DNA of 64,000 bases from an uncultured Candidatus Woesearchaeota archaeon (GCA_963724455.1 CAVRUV010000006.1:63158-127157), one strand, 5' to 3'; shown: positions 29,016 through 38,690, numbered from the stretch's first letter. A program made the numbers and translations. Notes: a model not told the origin generated them from the sequence alone.

Positions 29016-29867
29016 ATGGTACTAGAGAGTCTTTTAACTGCATTCCAAAGTGAGGAAAAACCGTATAAAACAATGTTCTTAGGATTTATCTATACCACTA
29101 TTGCAGTATTTTTGTCTTGGATGGTCTTCAAGTCCAATGCGTCGACCACCATGGTGTTTTTAGTAACAATGGCAGGCATGCCATTATTCTATCAATTAAT
29201 TGTTGCTGAAGAAGAAAAAGACCTCGAAGGATACGAAGAGAAATGGCTTCTAAAAGAGCACAGCAAGGCAATCCAAGCATACATGTGGATGTTTCTCGGA
29301 ATGAGTCTTGCATTCACACTATGGTATGTTGTACTGCCGTCCGATATGACTACAGGATTATTCCTAGCACAACACGATACATTGACCGCGCTCAACGGAA
29401 GAGCAACAGGCTATGTAAGCCAAGATATCAGTATATTCTCAAAAATATTCCTGAACAATGTTCGTGTTTTAGTATTTTGCATATTATTCAGTTTCTTATT
29501 CGGAGCAGGAGCATTATTCATACTGGCGTGGAACGCAAGCATAATTGGTACGGCCATAGGGATGATTATACGTTCAGAAATAACTAACATATCTAACTCG
29601 ATAGGTTTTGTATCGCTTGCTAGCTATTTTCAAATAGTGAGCTATTCCTTGTTGAAGTACGCAATCCACGGGGTTCCTGAAATAGCTGCATATTTTATTG
29701 CAGGTCTAGCTGGCGGCATCATTAGCATAGCAGTAATCAAGCACGATATGGGAACTAGGAAGTTCGAACACGTCATACTAGACACTGCAGATTTGATGCT
29801 GATTGCATTGCTAATAACATTTGTTGCAGGCATCTTAGAAGTCTGGGTAACTCCGGTGTTTTTCTAG
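29016..29867 (+). CDS. Polytopic membrane protein, SpoIIM/DUF95-family-like.
   Basis: Six predicted TM segments. Signature FLNNVRVLVF...FGAGALFILAWNASIIGTAIG fits the N-N...G-x-G...N-G-x-x-I-G pattern of the family. Confidence 0.55.
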   Translation: MVLESLLTAFQSEEKPYKTMFLGFIYTTIAVFLSWMVFKSNASTTMVFLVTMAGMPLFYQLIVAEEEKDLEGYEEKWLLKEHSKAIQAYMWMFLGMSLAFTLWYVVLPSDMTTGLFLAQHDTLTALNGRATGYVSQDISIFSKIFLNNVRVLVFCILFSFLFGAGALFILAWNASIIGTAIGMIIRSEITNISNSIGFVSLASYFQIVSYSLLKYAIHGVPEIAAYFIAGLAGGIISIAVIKHDMGTRKFEHVILDTADLMLIALLITFVAGILEVWVTPVFF

Positions 29868-29921
29868 AATAGTTTTGAATAGTTTTTATATAATCCAAAC
29901 GTGTAGTGATTAAGGATTGAG

Positions 29922-30338
29922 ATGGATATACAAGATTTTTATAAACAATTTAGCGATGTAGATGCTGCTCTTTCTAAACTCACAGATGAACATCGTTTAA
30001 AAAGAGAAGAAGTAGATTCTTTAGAAAAACGCATCGATCATCAGCAATTTATACATCAAGTTATCGCAGGATTAACATCAACACCACAACAACAAGATCC
30101 TGGAAAATACGAAACAGCATATTATTTTGTCAAAGAGATAACACCAACAAATATTTTACAAGCCGACGTGCCCACATTATATCATATTTGTCCAAATTGT
30201 AACACCCAACAACCAGTAATCATGAGCTATGAACAAAAAGGAGATGTTATGGGGGGAGATTGGGTGAAAAACGCATTTATTTTATGTCAAGATGAAACAA
30301 CAATTCTAGATACAAAAACAAATATCAATAGATTTTAA
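29922..30338 (+). CDS. Hypothetical protein (138 aa) with a coiled-coil-like N-terminus and a putative CPNC...C metal-binding site.
   Basis: ORF only. Contains HICPNCNTQQP and ILCQDE. Confidence 0.35.
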   Translation: MDIQDFYKQFSDVDAALSKLTDEHRLKREEVDSLEKRIDHQQFIHQVIAGLTSTPQQQDPGKYETAYYFVKEITPTNILQADVPTLYHICPNCNTQQPVIMSYEQKGDVMGGDWVKNAFILCQDETTILDTKTNINRF

Positions 30339-30387
30339 GTTTTTAATATGAAGAGATTTCTAAAAGTAATTTTATTCTAAAACCATT

Positions 30388-31038
30388 CTATTCTAGAACC
30401 TTAACTCTTCCAGGCTTTGTTTCGAATATCTCTCCTTCATCAATAAGCGTACGGACATACTTTTCAGCACCATCAATTTTCAATGTAGCAATTACTTCTT
30501 CAATATCTGCTCCGCTGCCAGAATCTAATTCACGAATTTTTTCAATAAGCAATTCAAATGGATTTTTAGTTGAACTTATAGGAACTTCCACCTTATGAGC
30601 AACAGGAGTAAACGCAACAGAATCATCTACAATAGGCATTTCATAAATTTCTACACCAGATAATAATTCCAATTCTTTTTTCCTGTATTGTATCCATGCA
30701 GGATTTCTTAATCTTTTTACTATTTCAAGAACTAAAAATCTTTCATTGTTATATTCACGAGGTCTTCCTACAACTAAAACAAGATCGCCGATGCTGGCAT
30801 AAATTGTCGGCGCGGGAGTATCAAAACTTCTTACACGAATAATACTGGTGCCGTCATCAATAGAGAATGCGCCTTCTGATTTATCTATCATTACACCGAT
30901 AGTGTTTACTCGAGAAATTGTTCCGCGAATTGTTTTTACACCACTAGGAACAAGACCATCGTTTTGCATCCACACACCATTTTTTAGTTCAAATAATGTG
31001 CATGGCACGGCAGTCTGGCGTAAAAATTGTGTAACCAT
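30388..31038 (-). CDS. OB-fold plus C-terminal winged-helix protein, RPA32/Stn1-like. Candidate single-strand-binding or replisome subunit, divergent from MCM.
   Basis: OB-fold pattern VKTIRGTISRVN...GAFSIDDGTSIIRVRSFD...IGDLVLVVGRPREY...LVLEIV. A C-terminal about 60 aa is winged-helix-like (ELLIEKIRELD...IEEVIATLKIDGAEKYVRTLIDEGEIFE). Confidence 0.45.
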   Translation of the reverse strand: MVTQFLRQTAVPCTLFELKNGVWMQNDGLVPSGVKTIRGTISRVNTIGVMIDKSEGAFSIDDGTSIIRVRSFDTPAPTIYASIGDLVLVVGRPREYNNERFLVLEIVKRLRNPAWIQYRKKELELLSGVEIYEMPIVDDSVAFTPVAHKVEVPISSTKNPFELLIEKIRELDSGSGADIEEVIATLKIDGAEKYVRTLIDEGEIFETKPGRVKVLE

Positions 31039-31176
31039 AAATAGAGAATCTTCTTAGTATTCTTAACGCTTACGCTGTAGAAAGCAGAAAATGCAACCCA
31101 AATGCCGCTTATGTGCCAGTATTTGCGTTTGTTTTTAAATAAATTGAAAAAGCCTTTTTTAGAGGCTGTAACCCTT

Positions 31177-31201
31177 GATTTCAATGGAAATGGTGGGGGG
31201 G
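31177..31201 (+). promoter_or_regulatory. ORB-like motif plus G-string (gaTTTCAATGGAAATGGTGGGGGGG) in the RPA-like/MCM divergent intergenic region.
   Basis: TCAATGGAAAT resembles the ORB core TCCAGTGGAAA[CT] and is followed by G7. A TATA-like tttcTTTTAAAcaag lies about 25 nt upstream of the MCM ATG. Confidence 0.3.
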
Positions 31202-31254
31202 TGCACAGGCCAGAGGCGCGAATTTCTTTTAAACAAGAGCACTACTCGTATCGT

Positions 31255-33300
31255 ATGGTAATGGAGTGGCCGGATCAAATTGAGAAGTTTAAAGAATTCT
31301 TCGAGATGAATGACCAATACAATACTGATTTGCACGATCAAGTGCGAAACGGTAAATCTTGGATTAATATAGAGTTCTCAGATCTAGCTAAACATAGCCC
31401 GGAGTTAGCAGAACTTCTTCTCGACCAACCAGAAGAAATTCTCAAAGCTGCGCAAGCAGCAATAGAAAAAATGGATTTGCCAAGAAGTTCTGATGAGCAA
31501 CCAAAAAAAATAGAACCACATTTTTTACACTTACCACAAGAGCACCAAATCGCTGTTCGATTAATCAGAGCAAAACATCTCAATAAATTAATTGAATTAG
31601 TTGGTATTGTCAGACAGAAATCAGATGTGCGTCCACAAATGACTTCTGCAAGATTTGAATGTCCAAGCTGCGGAAACATAATTCCAGTATTGCAGCTCGA
31701 CCAAAAATTCAAGGAACCATCACGATGCAGCTGCGGACGAAAAGGAAAATTCAGATTACTTAGTAAAGAGCTTGTTGATGCACAAGGAATTACTCTTGAA
31801 GAAGCATCAGAAGATCTCGACGGCGGAGACCAACCAAAACGCCTTAAGTTGTTTTTGAAAAATGATCTTGTTGCACCATTCAACGATAAAAGAACAAATC
31901 CTGGTGCAAAAATCAAAGTGGTTGGTGTTGTAAAAGAAGTTCCTATTACATTACAAACCGGTGGACAAAGCACACGCTTTGATCTTATTTTAGATACAAA
32001 TAGTATCGAACCAGTACAAGAAGATTTTACTGAAATTAATATTTCCTCAGAAGACGAGCAAGAAATAGTTGCTCTTAGCCAGGATCCTGATATTTTAGAA
32101 AAACTCGTAGTTAGTGTTGCTCCATCTATTTACGGTCTTGAACCAATCAAGCAAGCATTATTGCTTCAGCTGTTTGGCGGAGTGCATAAACAAAGAGATA
32201 AAGGAGTAAAATCTCGTGGAGATATTCACATATTATTGATTGGAGATCCTGGTTCTGGTAAATCTCAACTCCTAAAACGAATGAGTAATATTGCGCCTAA
32301 AGCACGTTTTGTTTCTGGAAAAGGTGCATCGGGAGCAGGACTTACCGCATCAGTTGTAAAAGATGAATTCCTAAAAGGTTGGGCGCTTGAAGCAGGTACT
32401 CTAGTATTAGCAAACAAGGGTCTAGCTTGCATTGATGAGATGGATAAGATGTCAGAAGATGATACTTCTGCAATGCACGAAGCCCTAGAACAGCAGACTG
32501 TTAGTATTAGCAAGGCAAATATTCAAGCAACACTTCGTTCTGAAACAACAGTACTTGCTGCAGCAAACCCAAAATTCGGAAGATTCGATCCTTATGAACT
32601 CATTAGTAAACAAATCGATTTGCCACCAACGCTATTAAACAGATTCGATCTTATTTTTCCAGTACGAGATATTCCCGACAAGACAAAAGATGAACGTCTT
32701 GCAAGTTTTATTTTAAATTTACATAAAGATGAACCGATGCAAGAAGGAATAATCAAACCAGAAACTATCAAAAAATATGTTGCATACGCAAGACAACGAT
32801 GCTTCCCCAAACTTACCGAACCAGCAATGGTAGAATTAAAAGATTATTACGTGAAGATGCGCGGCGGCGATGAACAAGGTGGAGGAGCAATCAAAGCAAT
32901 CCCCATTTCTGCTCGTCAACTTGAAGCGCTTGTTCGTTTATCAGAAGCATCTGCACGCATGAGATTATCTGATAAGGTAACGAAGCGTGATGCACAAATC
33001 GCAATTGAACTTGTTCACTACTGCCTCAGTCAGATCGGTATGGACCCAGAAACAGGAAAAATTGATATTGACAGAATAACAACAGGAATTACAGCATCGC
33101 AACGAAGCCACATCAGCGTCATTAAGGAATTAATTCATTCGCTCGAAGCATCTGTTGGTAAAGCAATTCCAATCGATGATGTCGTGCGAGAAGCAGGTAT
33201 AAAAGGCATAGCTGATGATACCACCCACGAAGTTATCGAGAAATTAAAACGCGGCGGAGATATTTATTCACCAAAGCATGGATTCATCAGCAGATTATGA
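31255..33300 (+). CDS. mcm: MCM replicative helicase.
   Basis: Walker A GDPGSGKSQLL, Walker B CIDEMDKM, C4 Zn finger CPSCGN...CSCG, arginine-finger region and C-terminal wH. The track start at 31102 is probably too far upstream. The canonical MCM N-terminus MVMEWPDQIEKFKEFF begins at 31255. Confidence 0.9.
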   Translation: MVMEWPDQIEKFKEFFEMNDQYNTDLHDQVRNGKSWINIEFSDLAKHSPELAELLLDQPEEILKAAQAAIEKMDLPRSSDEQPKKIEPHFLHLPQEHQIAVRLIRAKHLNKLIELVGIVRQKSDVRPQMTSARFECPSCGNIIPVLQLDQKFKEPSRCSCGRKGKFRLLSKELVDAQGITLEEASEDLDGGDQPKRLKLFLKNDLVAPFNDKRTNPGAKIKVVGVVKEVPITLQTGGQSTRFDLILDTNSIEPVQEDFTEINISSEDEQEIVALSQDPDILEKLVVSVAPSIYGLEPIKQALLLQLFGGVHKQRDKGVKSRGDIHILLIGDPGSGKSQLLKRMSNIAPKARFVSGKGASGAGLTASVVKDEFLKGWALEAGTLVLANKGLACIDEMDKMSEDDTSAMHEALEQQTVSISKANIQATLRSETTVLAAANPKFGRFDPYELISKQIDLPPTLLNRFDLIFPVRDIPDKTKDERLASFILNLHKDEPMQEGIIKPETIKKYVAYARQRCFPKLTEPAMVELKDYYVKMRGGDEQGGGAIKAIPISARQLEALVRLSEASARMRLSDKVTKRDAQIAIELVHYCLSQIGMDPETGKIDIDRITTGITASQRSHISVIKELIHSLEASVGKAIPIDDVVREAGIKGIADDTTHEVIEKLKRGGDIYSPKHGFISRL

Positions 33301-33343
33301 TTGGTGAATTTATTTAAAAAGTATAAAACATTTTTTAATATTT

Positions 33344-34231
33344 TTATTTATTTTTTCTATTCTGTATTGTTCTTATTGTTGCCAATCTACCATTGTCGTA
33401 GTTAAATTTTTTTAGGTCAGTGAGTAATAATTTTGCAATGACCATAGCAGATACTTCGTCTTGTTGAGGATTAGATAGTATTAGTTCGTGGCAGTATGCT
33501 ACGCAGTTGAGGCGCTCTCCATATGGGTAATTATAGTTTAGTATTTCTTTATTGAATTGTCTTAGTACTGCTTGTATGTATCTAGGAATACTATCTGAAA
33601 GGGTAAGCTCTTGTGGTTCTGCGAGAGGAAAGCATTGAGTTGAATTTTGAGGGGTAAATTTTTTCAATCCATACGGAGGTATTGGAATAATTATGGGAGT
33701 TGTATATGCATTTTCGTCTACGCGCACTTCATCTACACGTGCTTCAAGATCTTTTGAGATTACACAAGTTCCATCTATAATCAATTCTTGTGAGATATTT
33801 TCTGGTGTTTGAAACTGTAAAGGAATGGTTTTTGGTTGATTGTAGTCTGATTGATTATTTTGTGTTGAAGAATTGTGTGGTGTTGAGAGTATTGGGATTT
33901 GAAGATTTAATTTTTGAGAGTTTAATGTATAGAGTCCTTCTCTTTGTATGTAAAAGAGCGTTTGGAATATTGCCCCCACACTAATTGTACTTCCGTCGGA
34001 TAATTTTGAATAGATTATATCTCTTAGACCAATTTTTGTTATGTGTTTTGTGAAGGCTGTCGGCAATAAAGACATATTATTTATAAAATCTTGATATGAT
34101 TCACAAAATAAATCAGGATGATGCTTTTCAAATACTTCTCGCACACGAACAACGAGTTCATCTTTACTTATCATGTTTGGTTGTCCAGAATTCTTTTTTG
34201 TGGTTGTTACACTAGATGATGTTTTAGTCAT
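33344..34231 (-). CDS. Hypothetical protein (295 aa).
   Basis: ORF, last gene of a minus-strand run starting at TBP. No motif recognised. Confidence 0.4.
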   Translation of the reverse strand: MTKTSSSVTTTKKNSGQPNMISKDELVVRVREVFEKHHPDLFCESYQDFINNMSLLPTAFTKHITKIGLRDIIYSKLSDGSTISVGAIFQTLFYIQREGLYTLNSQKLNLQIPILSTPHNSSTQNNQSDYNQPKTIPLQFQTPENISQELIIDGTCVISKDLEARVDEVRVDENAYTTPIIIPIPPYGLKKFTPQNSTQCFPLAEPQELTLSDSIPRYIQAVLRQFNKEILNYNYPYGERLNCVAYCHELILSNPQQDEVSAMVIAKLLLTDLKKFNYDNGRLATIRTIQNRKNK

Positions 34232-34317
34232 GTGTTTTTGAGTTTTTGTTTAGATTATATAATTGTTATGGTAATATTTCCACTATCGAGTGAATACTTT
34301 TTTATTTATTATTTTAT

Positions 34318-35079
34318 TCAATCTTTTATGCTTGAAGAAATAGATGAATTAATTGTTGAAGAAGTAATGGCAGAAGTAATTTGTTTACTATGATTTGTTA
34401 TGAAAATGGTTGGGTATTTGTCTAGAACAATTTGTTTTGAAGCATTTTGTAATTGTTCTATACTCGGCAAAATAAAAGTATCTTTTTTAAAAAATCCACC
34501 AACTTTTTTATCTAATAAAAGTAAGACATTTTTATGAGACGCAGATTTTTCTGCTTTTAAAAATACATTATGCAGTTCAGCATAAGGCGCTTTTCCATAA
34601 GAGATTGTCGTAAGAATTGAAAATTCTTCTTCAGCATTTTTATTGGATTTAATATCAAAATATGTTGCATGAAAAAAGACGTGCGCCGATTCGTGCAATA
34701 AAACATCATCAATAATGTCTTCCAAAGTCGGATGACCTTCTTTTTTATTATCAAGCAATTTGAAATCTTCATCATTTTTTATTGCATAATCGAACTCTTC
34801 AACATGCAATTTACAAGTTGGAACATAAACAAATATTTTATTATCATAAGAAAACCCATCGGCCAGATTCTCGATTTTTTCTTTAATATCTGTTTTTGAA
34901 TTTATTATGTACGCATCAAGACTAAGAGGTGTAGAATATATATTGATTAATTTTTTTTGAACAGGAATAGATGCCGTTATTTCAGCAATTAAAGGTTTTA
35001 TTGACGATTCATCGTAAGACTGTGCTTGCAAATAATAAAAACTACCAAGTATCGCTGTACGAACAAACTTATTTAACAT
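34318..35079 (-). CDS. Putative HExxH zinc metallopeptidase-like protein with an N-terminal hydrophobic segment.
   Basis: Motif LLHESAHVFFH (HExxH...H). N-terminus FVRTAILGSFYYLQA is signal-like. Confidence 0.35.
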   Translation of the reverse strand: MLNKFVRTAILGSFYYLQAQSYDESSIKPLIAEITASIPVQKKLINIYSTPLSLDAYIINSKTDIKEKIENLADGFSYDNKIFVYVPTCKLHVEEFDYAIKNDEDFKLLDNKKEGHPTLEDIIDDVLLHESAHVFFHATYFDIKSNKNAEEEFSILTTISYGKAPYAELHNVFLKAEKSASHKNVLLLLDKKVGGFFKKDTFILPSIEQLQNASKQIVLDKYPTIFITNHSKQITSAITSSTINSSISSSIKD

Positions 35080-35122
35080 AATTATTTTTAGAAATTTTGA
35101 ATTAAAAGGTTATTGACCAAAA

Positions 35123-35791
35123 TCATGATAAATTTTGTGATAAAATATTTTTTATGTGCTTATTTGCATCATGCAGGTCTTTTGCAATATAATCCGCCGA
35201 GGAGTAGTCTTGGCCGTGTGTCCATTCTGTTGGTACAGCGATTGCATAACAACCAGCAGCTTTTGCCGCAAGAATGCCGTTTGATGCATCTTCAAGAACA
35301 ATGCATTGTGTCGAATCAACATCCAGTAATTCTGCCGCTTTAAGATAAATATCTGGCGAAGGTTTTCCTTTTGCGATTTCTTCACCAGAAACAGTTGCAT
35401 TTAAGTGTGTTAAATGGAATTTTTTAGTCATTAAATCAACGAATTCACGCTGTGAACCTGACGCAATAGCAAGCATAAGATCCTTATGATCATGAAAAAT
35501 TTCTTTAAATCCAGGCATAAGCGCAACATCTTCAGCATAATGTTTACGCATTAGGTTTGTACGTTCTTCAAGCAAATCTTCCGGAGTCTCGTCTAAATCA
35601 AGATCTTTTTTTAAAACACGAAGTGATTCAATAGAGCTTCTACCCATTCCATCCCAAATGGTTTGTGGGGTCACAACCTTTCCTCTTCTCACTCCCATTT
35701 CTCTAATAACTTCACGATAATATCGCTCGCTATCGATTATAAGACCATCCATATCGAAAATTATTGCTATAAAAGAGCTCATATTACACAT
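35123..35791 (-). CDS. HAD-IA hydrolase (beta-phosphoglucomutase/phosphatase-like).
   Basis: Motif I IIFDMDGLIIDSE, motif II AIASGS, motif III/IV GKPSPDIY...LEDASNGILAAKAAG. Confidence 0.75.
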   Translation of the reverse strand: MCNMSSFIAIIFDMDGLIIDSERYYREVIREMGVRRGKVVTPQTIWDGMGRSSIESLRVLKKDLDLDETPEDLLEERTNLMRKHYAEDVALMPGFKEIFHDHKDLMLAIASGSQREFVDLMTKKFHLTHLNATVSGEEIAKGKPSPDIYLKAAELLDVDSTQCIVLEDASNGILAAKAAGCYAIAVPTEWTHGQDYSSADYIAKDLHDANKHIKNILSQNLS

Positions 35792-35850
35792 AAAATTGCA
35801 TCACCTATAAGAGCTTTTGTTTTTTTAAGAAAAATAAAAAATTATTCCCC

Positions 35851-36288
35851 TTATCCTCTTATTACATCAAAAAATGGTATACGATAATCTGTTTTTAATC
35901 TAAACATTTCAGGACTTTCAGGCAATTGTTCTAGTTTTATGCTAACAGATCTTACGAGACCATCTTGGCGTATTGTTCCAAATGTCAAAGAATATATTGC
36001 TTTTAGAGCATCTTTAAATTCATATTCAGGATCACTTCTTGTAAATCCTCTTTGTTGCAAGAATGTAACTACATCTTCTTGAGTTCTTGGAGCATTGCCG
36101 AATTCTTGAGCAAATCTCTCTGTTGCTCTAAATCCTGCAAGAGGTCTTTGCCTTTCTCCGGTTGGTAATATGTTTGTTATATCAAATCCTGGATATTTGT
36201 AAATTGACATTACTTTAGAAATTTCGTTTTGTTCAAAAAGGTTGTGTTTTGTGAAAATATGTTTTATGACGACAAAATAATTTAACAA
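35851..36288 (-). CDS. Hypothetical protein. The real start is possibly the internal Met at about 36210 (MSIYKYPGF).
   Basis: ORF only. Confidence 0.35.
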   Translation of the reverse strand: MLNYFVVIKHIFTKHNLFEQNEISKVMSIYKYPGFDITNILPTGERQRPLAGFRATERFAQEFGNAPRTQEDVVTFLQQRGFTRSDPEYEFKDALKAIYSLTFGTIRQDGLVRSVSIKLEQLPESPEMFRLKTDYRIPFFDVIRG

Positions 36289-36375
36289 TCAAAGAACAGA
36301 AGGATAATAAAAAATTATACAAAAAGATTTTAAGAAATTAAAATATAAAAAAGAAATTAAAAAAATGATTTAAGC

Positions 36376-36972
36376 TTATTTGACCTTCTTTAGGACTTCG
36401 ATCAATTTCTTGATTGCATCCATTACTTGGTCCTTGCTTTTTGTACCAGTACAGACAATCTTTCCATTGCTGAATAACAAGAATGTTGCTTTTGCTTCGT
36501 TTAATTTGAAGACAAGGCCTGGGAACTGTTCAGGTTCGTATTCTGTGTTATCGAGCTTCATTGCAAGCTTGTTTAGGTTCAAATCCATACCAATGCTGCC
36601 GGAAGCTACAACGTTTTGCACGCTGATCTTTGGCTTTACAGTGATATCGATGTTAATCTTCTTCAAACTTTCAATAATGCGTTGTATAGATTTGTCTACA
36701 TCCTCAAGTGTTCTAGCGCCCGTGCACACCACCTTTCCGGAGCTAAAAATCAATGCTGATGTCTTTGGTTCTTTAATTCTGATTACGAGACCAGGGAATT
36801 GCTCTGGATTGTATTCAGTATTTGGCAAGACTGCTGCCATTTTCTCGAGCGGGATATCATGCTCAAGACTTGTTGAGACGACAATGTTCACAATTCTGAT
36901 TGTGGTATCGTCTACGACGCCCGGCTTATCGGTTGCGACGTCGAGCTTTGCTGTCTTTTTCTTAGTAGCCAT
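36376..36972 (-). CDS. tbp: TATA-box binding protein.
   Basis: Two internal repeats each carrying ...TEY[NE]PEQFPGLV...SGK[IV]VCTG.... Confidence 0.9.
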   Translation of the reverse strand: MATKKKTAKLDVATDKPGVVDDTTIRIVNIVVSTSLEHDIPLEKMAAVLPNTEYNPEQFPGLVIRIKEPKTSALIFSSGKVVCTGARTLEDVDKSIQRIIESLKKINIDITVKPKISVQNVVASGSIGMDLNLNKLAMKLDNTEYEPEQFPGLVFKLNEAKATFLLFSNGKIVCTGTKSKDQVMDAIKKLIEVLKKVK

Positions 36973-37009
36973 TAGCTAACCCCCAAAGGCGCGGTGGTTG
37001 CGCCGTCTC

Positions 37010-37017
37010 TTTATATA
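37010..37017 (-). promoter_or_regulatory. TATA box (TTTATATA) of the tbp promoter. A GC dyad GGCGC-GGTGGTT-GCGCC (36988-37004) lies between it and the start, and a GGGGGT SD-like motif sits 7 nt before the ATG.
   Basis: Read on the minus strand: ctgTATATAAAgagacGGCGCaaccaccGCGCCtttGGGGGTtagctaATG. Confidence 0.45.
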
Positions 37018-37338
37018 CAGAATTCATTTTCTATTTATAAATGCTTTTATAAATGACCTTCAAATGGCTAATTCGCCATTCTGAGGCCTTTATACCGTCG
37101 TAAAAAGAGTTTTAGTACTTAAATGATTTTCTATATAGAAAATATATGCTTATCGACGAGCGTGACTACTAAAAAGGAGTGCTTGTTTTAAGGTTTAAAA
37201 ATGAATTAATAAAAATCATTCTAAAAGTTGTAAATTTTAAAAAATAAATAAAAAAAGGAAAGGTGGTTGGTGTCATGCAGCGTTAAGGGAACGCTACAAT
37301 TGGTAAGTTAGGGGTTAATGGTGGGTAGATATTTCTTA

Positions 37339-37491
37339 ACCAGCCCTTCTTGTTGCAAGCCATTCTAATTCAGCAAGCTCTTCTTCTTCAGCTCTTCTTG
37401 CATTCGCTCGAAGCTCTTGCAGCCAGCTTGAATATTCTGGTCTTTGAGACTGTGCTTGTTCTGATTGTAGTAATATTTGCGTTTGTGTCAT
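37339..37491 (-). CDS. Possible small protein (50 aa, MTQTQILLQSEQAQSQRPEYSSWLQELRANARRAEEEELAELEWLATRRAG).
   Basis: ATG-to-TAA minus-strand ORF below the 60-aa track cutoff. The overlapping plus-strand ORF 37350-37628 has hydrophobic low-complexity translation and looks spurious. Confidence 0.2.
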
Positions 37492-37583
37492 GTGATTCAC
37501 CTTGTTTTGTGTTTGTTTTTTTGTATTTTTTTCTTGAATTGTTCTTCATTCTCTTTTGTCGCGAGAATGATTCTGTCGTTGAA

Positions 37584-37949
37584 TTAGTAGTCAGAGACGA
37601 TATAACGAGCGTCTTGCTCCCAGCCTAAGTGTTCTAAATCGAAATTAAAGAACATCAGATACTCGGCAACAAGAGAAGATTTGCTCTTCACAACGTCAAA
37701 GACATCTTTTGTATAACAATATGTGCAGACGTCCATGGGGCTATGACACTTAATGCACAAAGTATTGCCGTGCTCGTTTTTGTCGAGATCATGCAAATCA
37801 TTTTTGATATTACATTGTGTAATATCAAGTACTTTTTGTGCAAGCCGTAGCTCTTGTTGCTCGATTAACCACTGTCTGACTCCGCTATGGAGACAGTTAG
37901 GGCATACTGGGTTTGTGATGGCCTCATCGCACATCACGCAGGTCGTCAT
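37584..37949 (-). CDS. Double zinc-ribbon protein (121 aa).
   Basis: CVMCDEAITNPVCPNC (C-x2-C-x9-C-x2-C) and CIKCHSPMDVCTYC (C-x2-C-x6-C-x2-C). Confidence 0.45.
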   Translation of the reverse strand: MTTCVMCDEAITNPVCPNCLHSGVRQWLIEQQELRLAQKVLDITQCNIKNDLHDLDKNEHGNTLCIKCHSPMDVCTYCYTKDVFDVVKSKSSLVAEYLMFFNFDLEHLGWEQDARYIVSDY

Positions 37950-38002
37950 ATCGACACCTCATGTGGATGTTTTTTGTTTACTCAACTCGGGAAGAGAGGA
38001 GT

Positions 38003-38026
38003 AAAGACGCCGTAGCGTCTTTTTTT
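38003..38026 (+). terminator. Intrinsic-terminator-like hairpin AAAGACGC-cgta-GCGTCTTT followed by T7.
   Basis: Perfect GC-containing stem plus ttttttt. It lies in the divergent intergenic region, next to a second inverted repeat GGAAGGG (38027-33) / CCCTTCC (38068-74). Confidence 0.3.
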
Positions 38027-38249
38027 GGAAGGGTTAGAATTACTAGGTGTTTAGCCGTGCCATCCTGCCCTTCCGCTGTCGTTGCGGATTTTAGGCAGTT
38101 AGCACGCAATTCTTAATGTTCATATCATTAGAGAATAGCGTACGAGCTACTTCAGAGACTGGTGTATACCACAAGTGCTGTTGTAGCTGCTGCATAGGAT
38201 AAACAATCGACCCGGCATATTTAAAGATATTCCATGTTTTCTGTAAGTT

Positions 38250-38444
38250 ATGGAAGTATTTGTACAGAAAGATGCTAAGACTCTCGAGGTAGACTTTCGA
38301 GGGACGGCGCAAGAACTGCTCGCAAAGCTCTCTATCAATCCAGAGTTTGTTATTATAGTAAAAGATGATGTGCTTATTACTATAGATGAAGACATATCTG
38401 ATGCTAAAAGAATAGATTTGTTATCTGTAGTTAGTGGTGGATAA
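38250..38444 (+). CDS. ThiS/MoaD-family ubiquitin-like small protein ending in -GG (SAMP-type sulfur carrier or modifier).
   Basis: 64 aa. ...VIIVKDDVLITIDEDISDAKRIDLLSVVSGG-stop matches the beta-grasp ...VNG-x-V...L-x-DGD-x-V-x-I-x-P-x-V-S-G-G pattern. A TATA-like atatTTAAAgata lies about 25 nt upstream of the ATG, suggesting a leaderless transcript. Confidence 0.7.
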   Translation: MEVFVQKDAKTLEVDFRGTAQELLAKLSINPEFVIIVKDDVLITIDEDISDAKRIDLLSVVSGG

Positions 38445-38690
38445 AATTTCTACGTTTAGTGAGTTAGGATTTTCTAATAATTTAGTTTTAGTTACTTAGA
38501 ATTTTTTTTAACTTCGTGCTACGGAGAATTACTGTGATTCCATCACAGCAATAGCGTCGAAAGGGTTGCATAAATCACCCTTTCTCCTGATTATACTCCA
38601 AGGTAGCACTTTACTTTAACGTTTTATTATTTTATCAAATTTCTTTGCTCGACGAAACATATTTAAACGTCCTTGTGGAGGAATTGATTT

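Noticed and set aside
31338-31973. 211-aa minus-strand ORF antisense to MCM, and the 36380-36979 plus ORF antisense to TBP.
   Set aside because: Both lie entirely inside well-conserved genes on the opposite strand, so they are shadow ORFs.
37350-37628. 92-aa plus-strand ORF.
   Set aside because: It has a hydrophobic low-complexity translation. It overlaps a more plausible small minus-strand ORF and the 3' end of the zinc-ribbon gene, so it is probably spurious.
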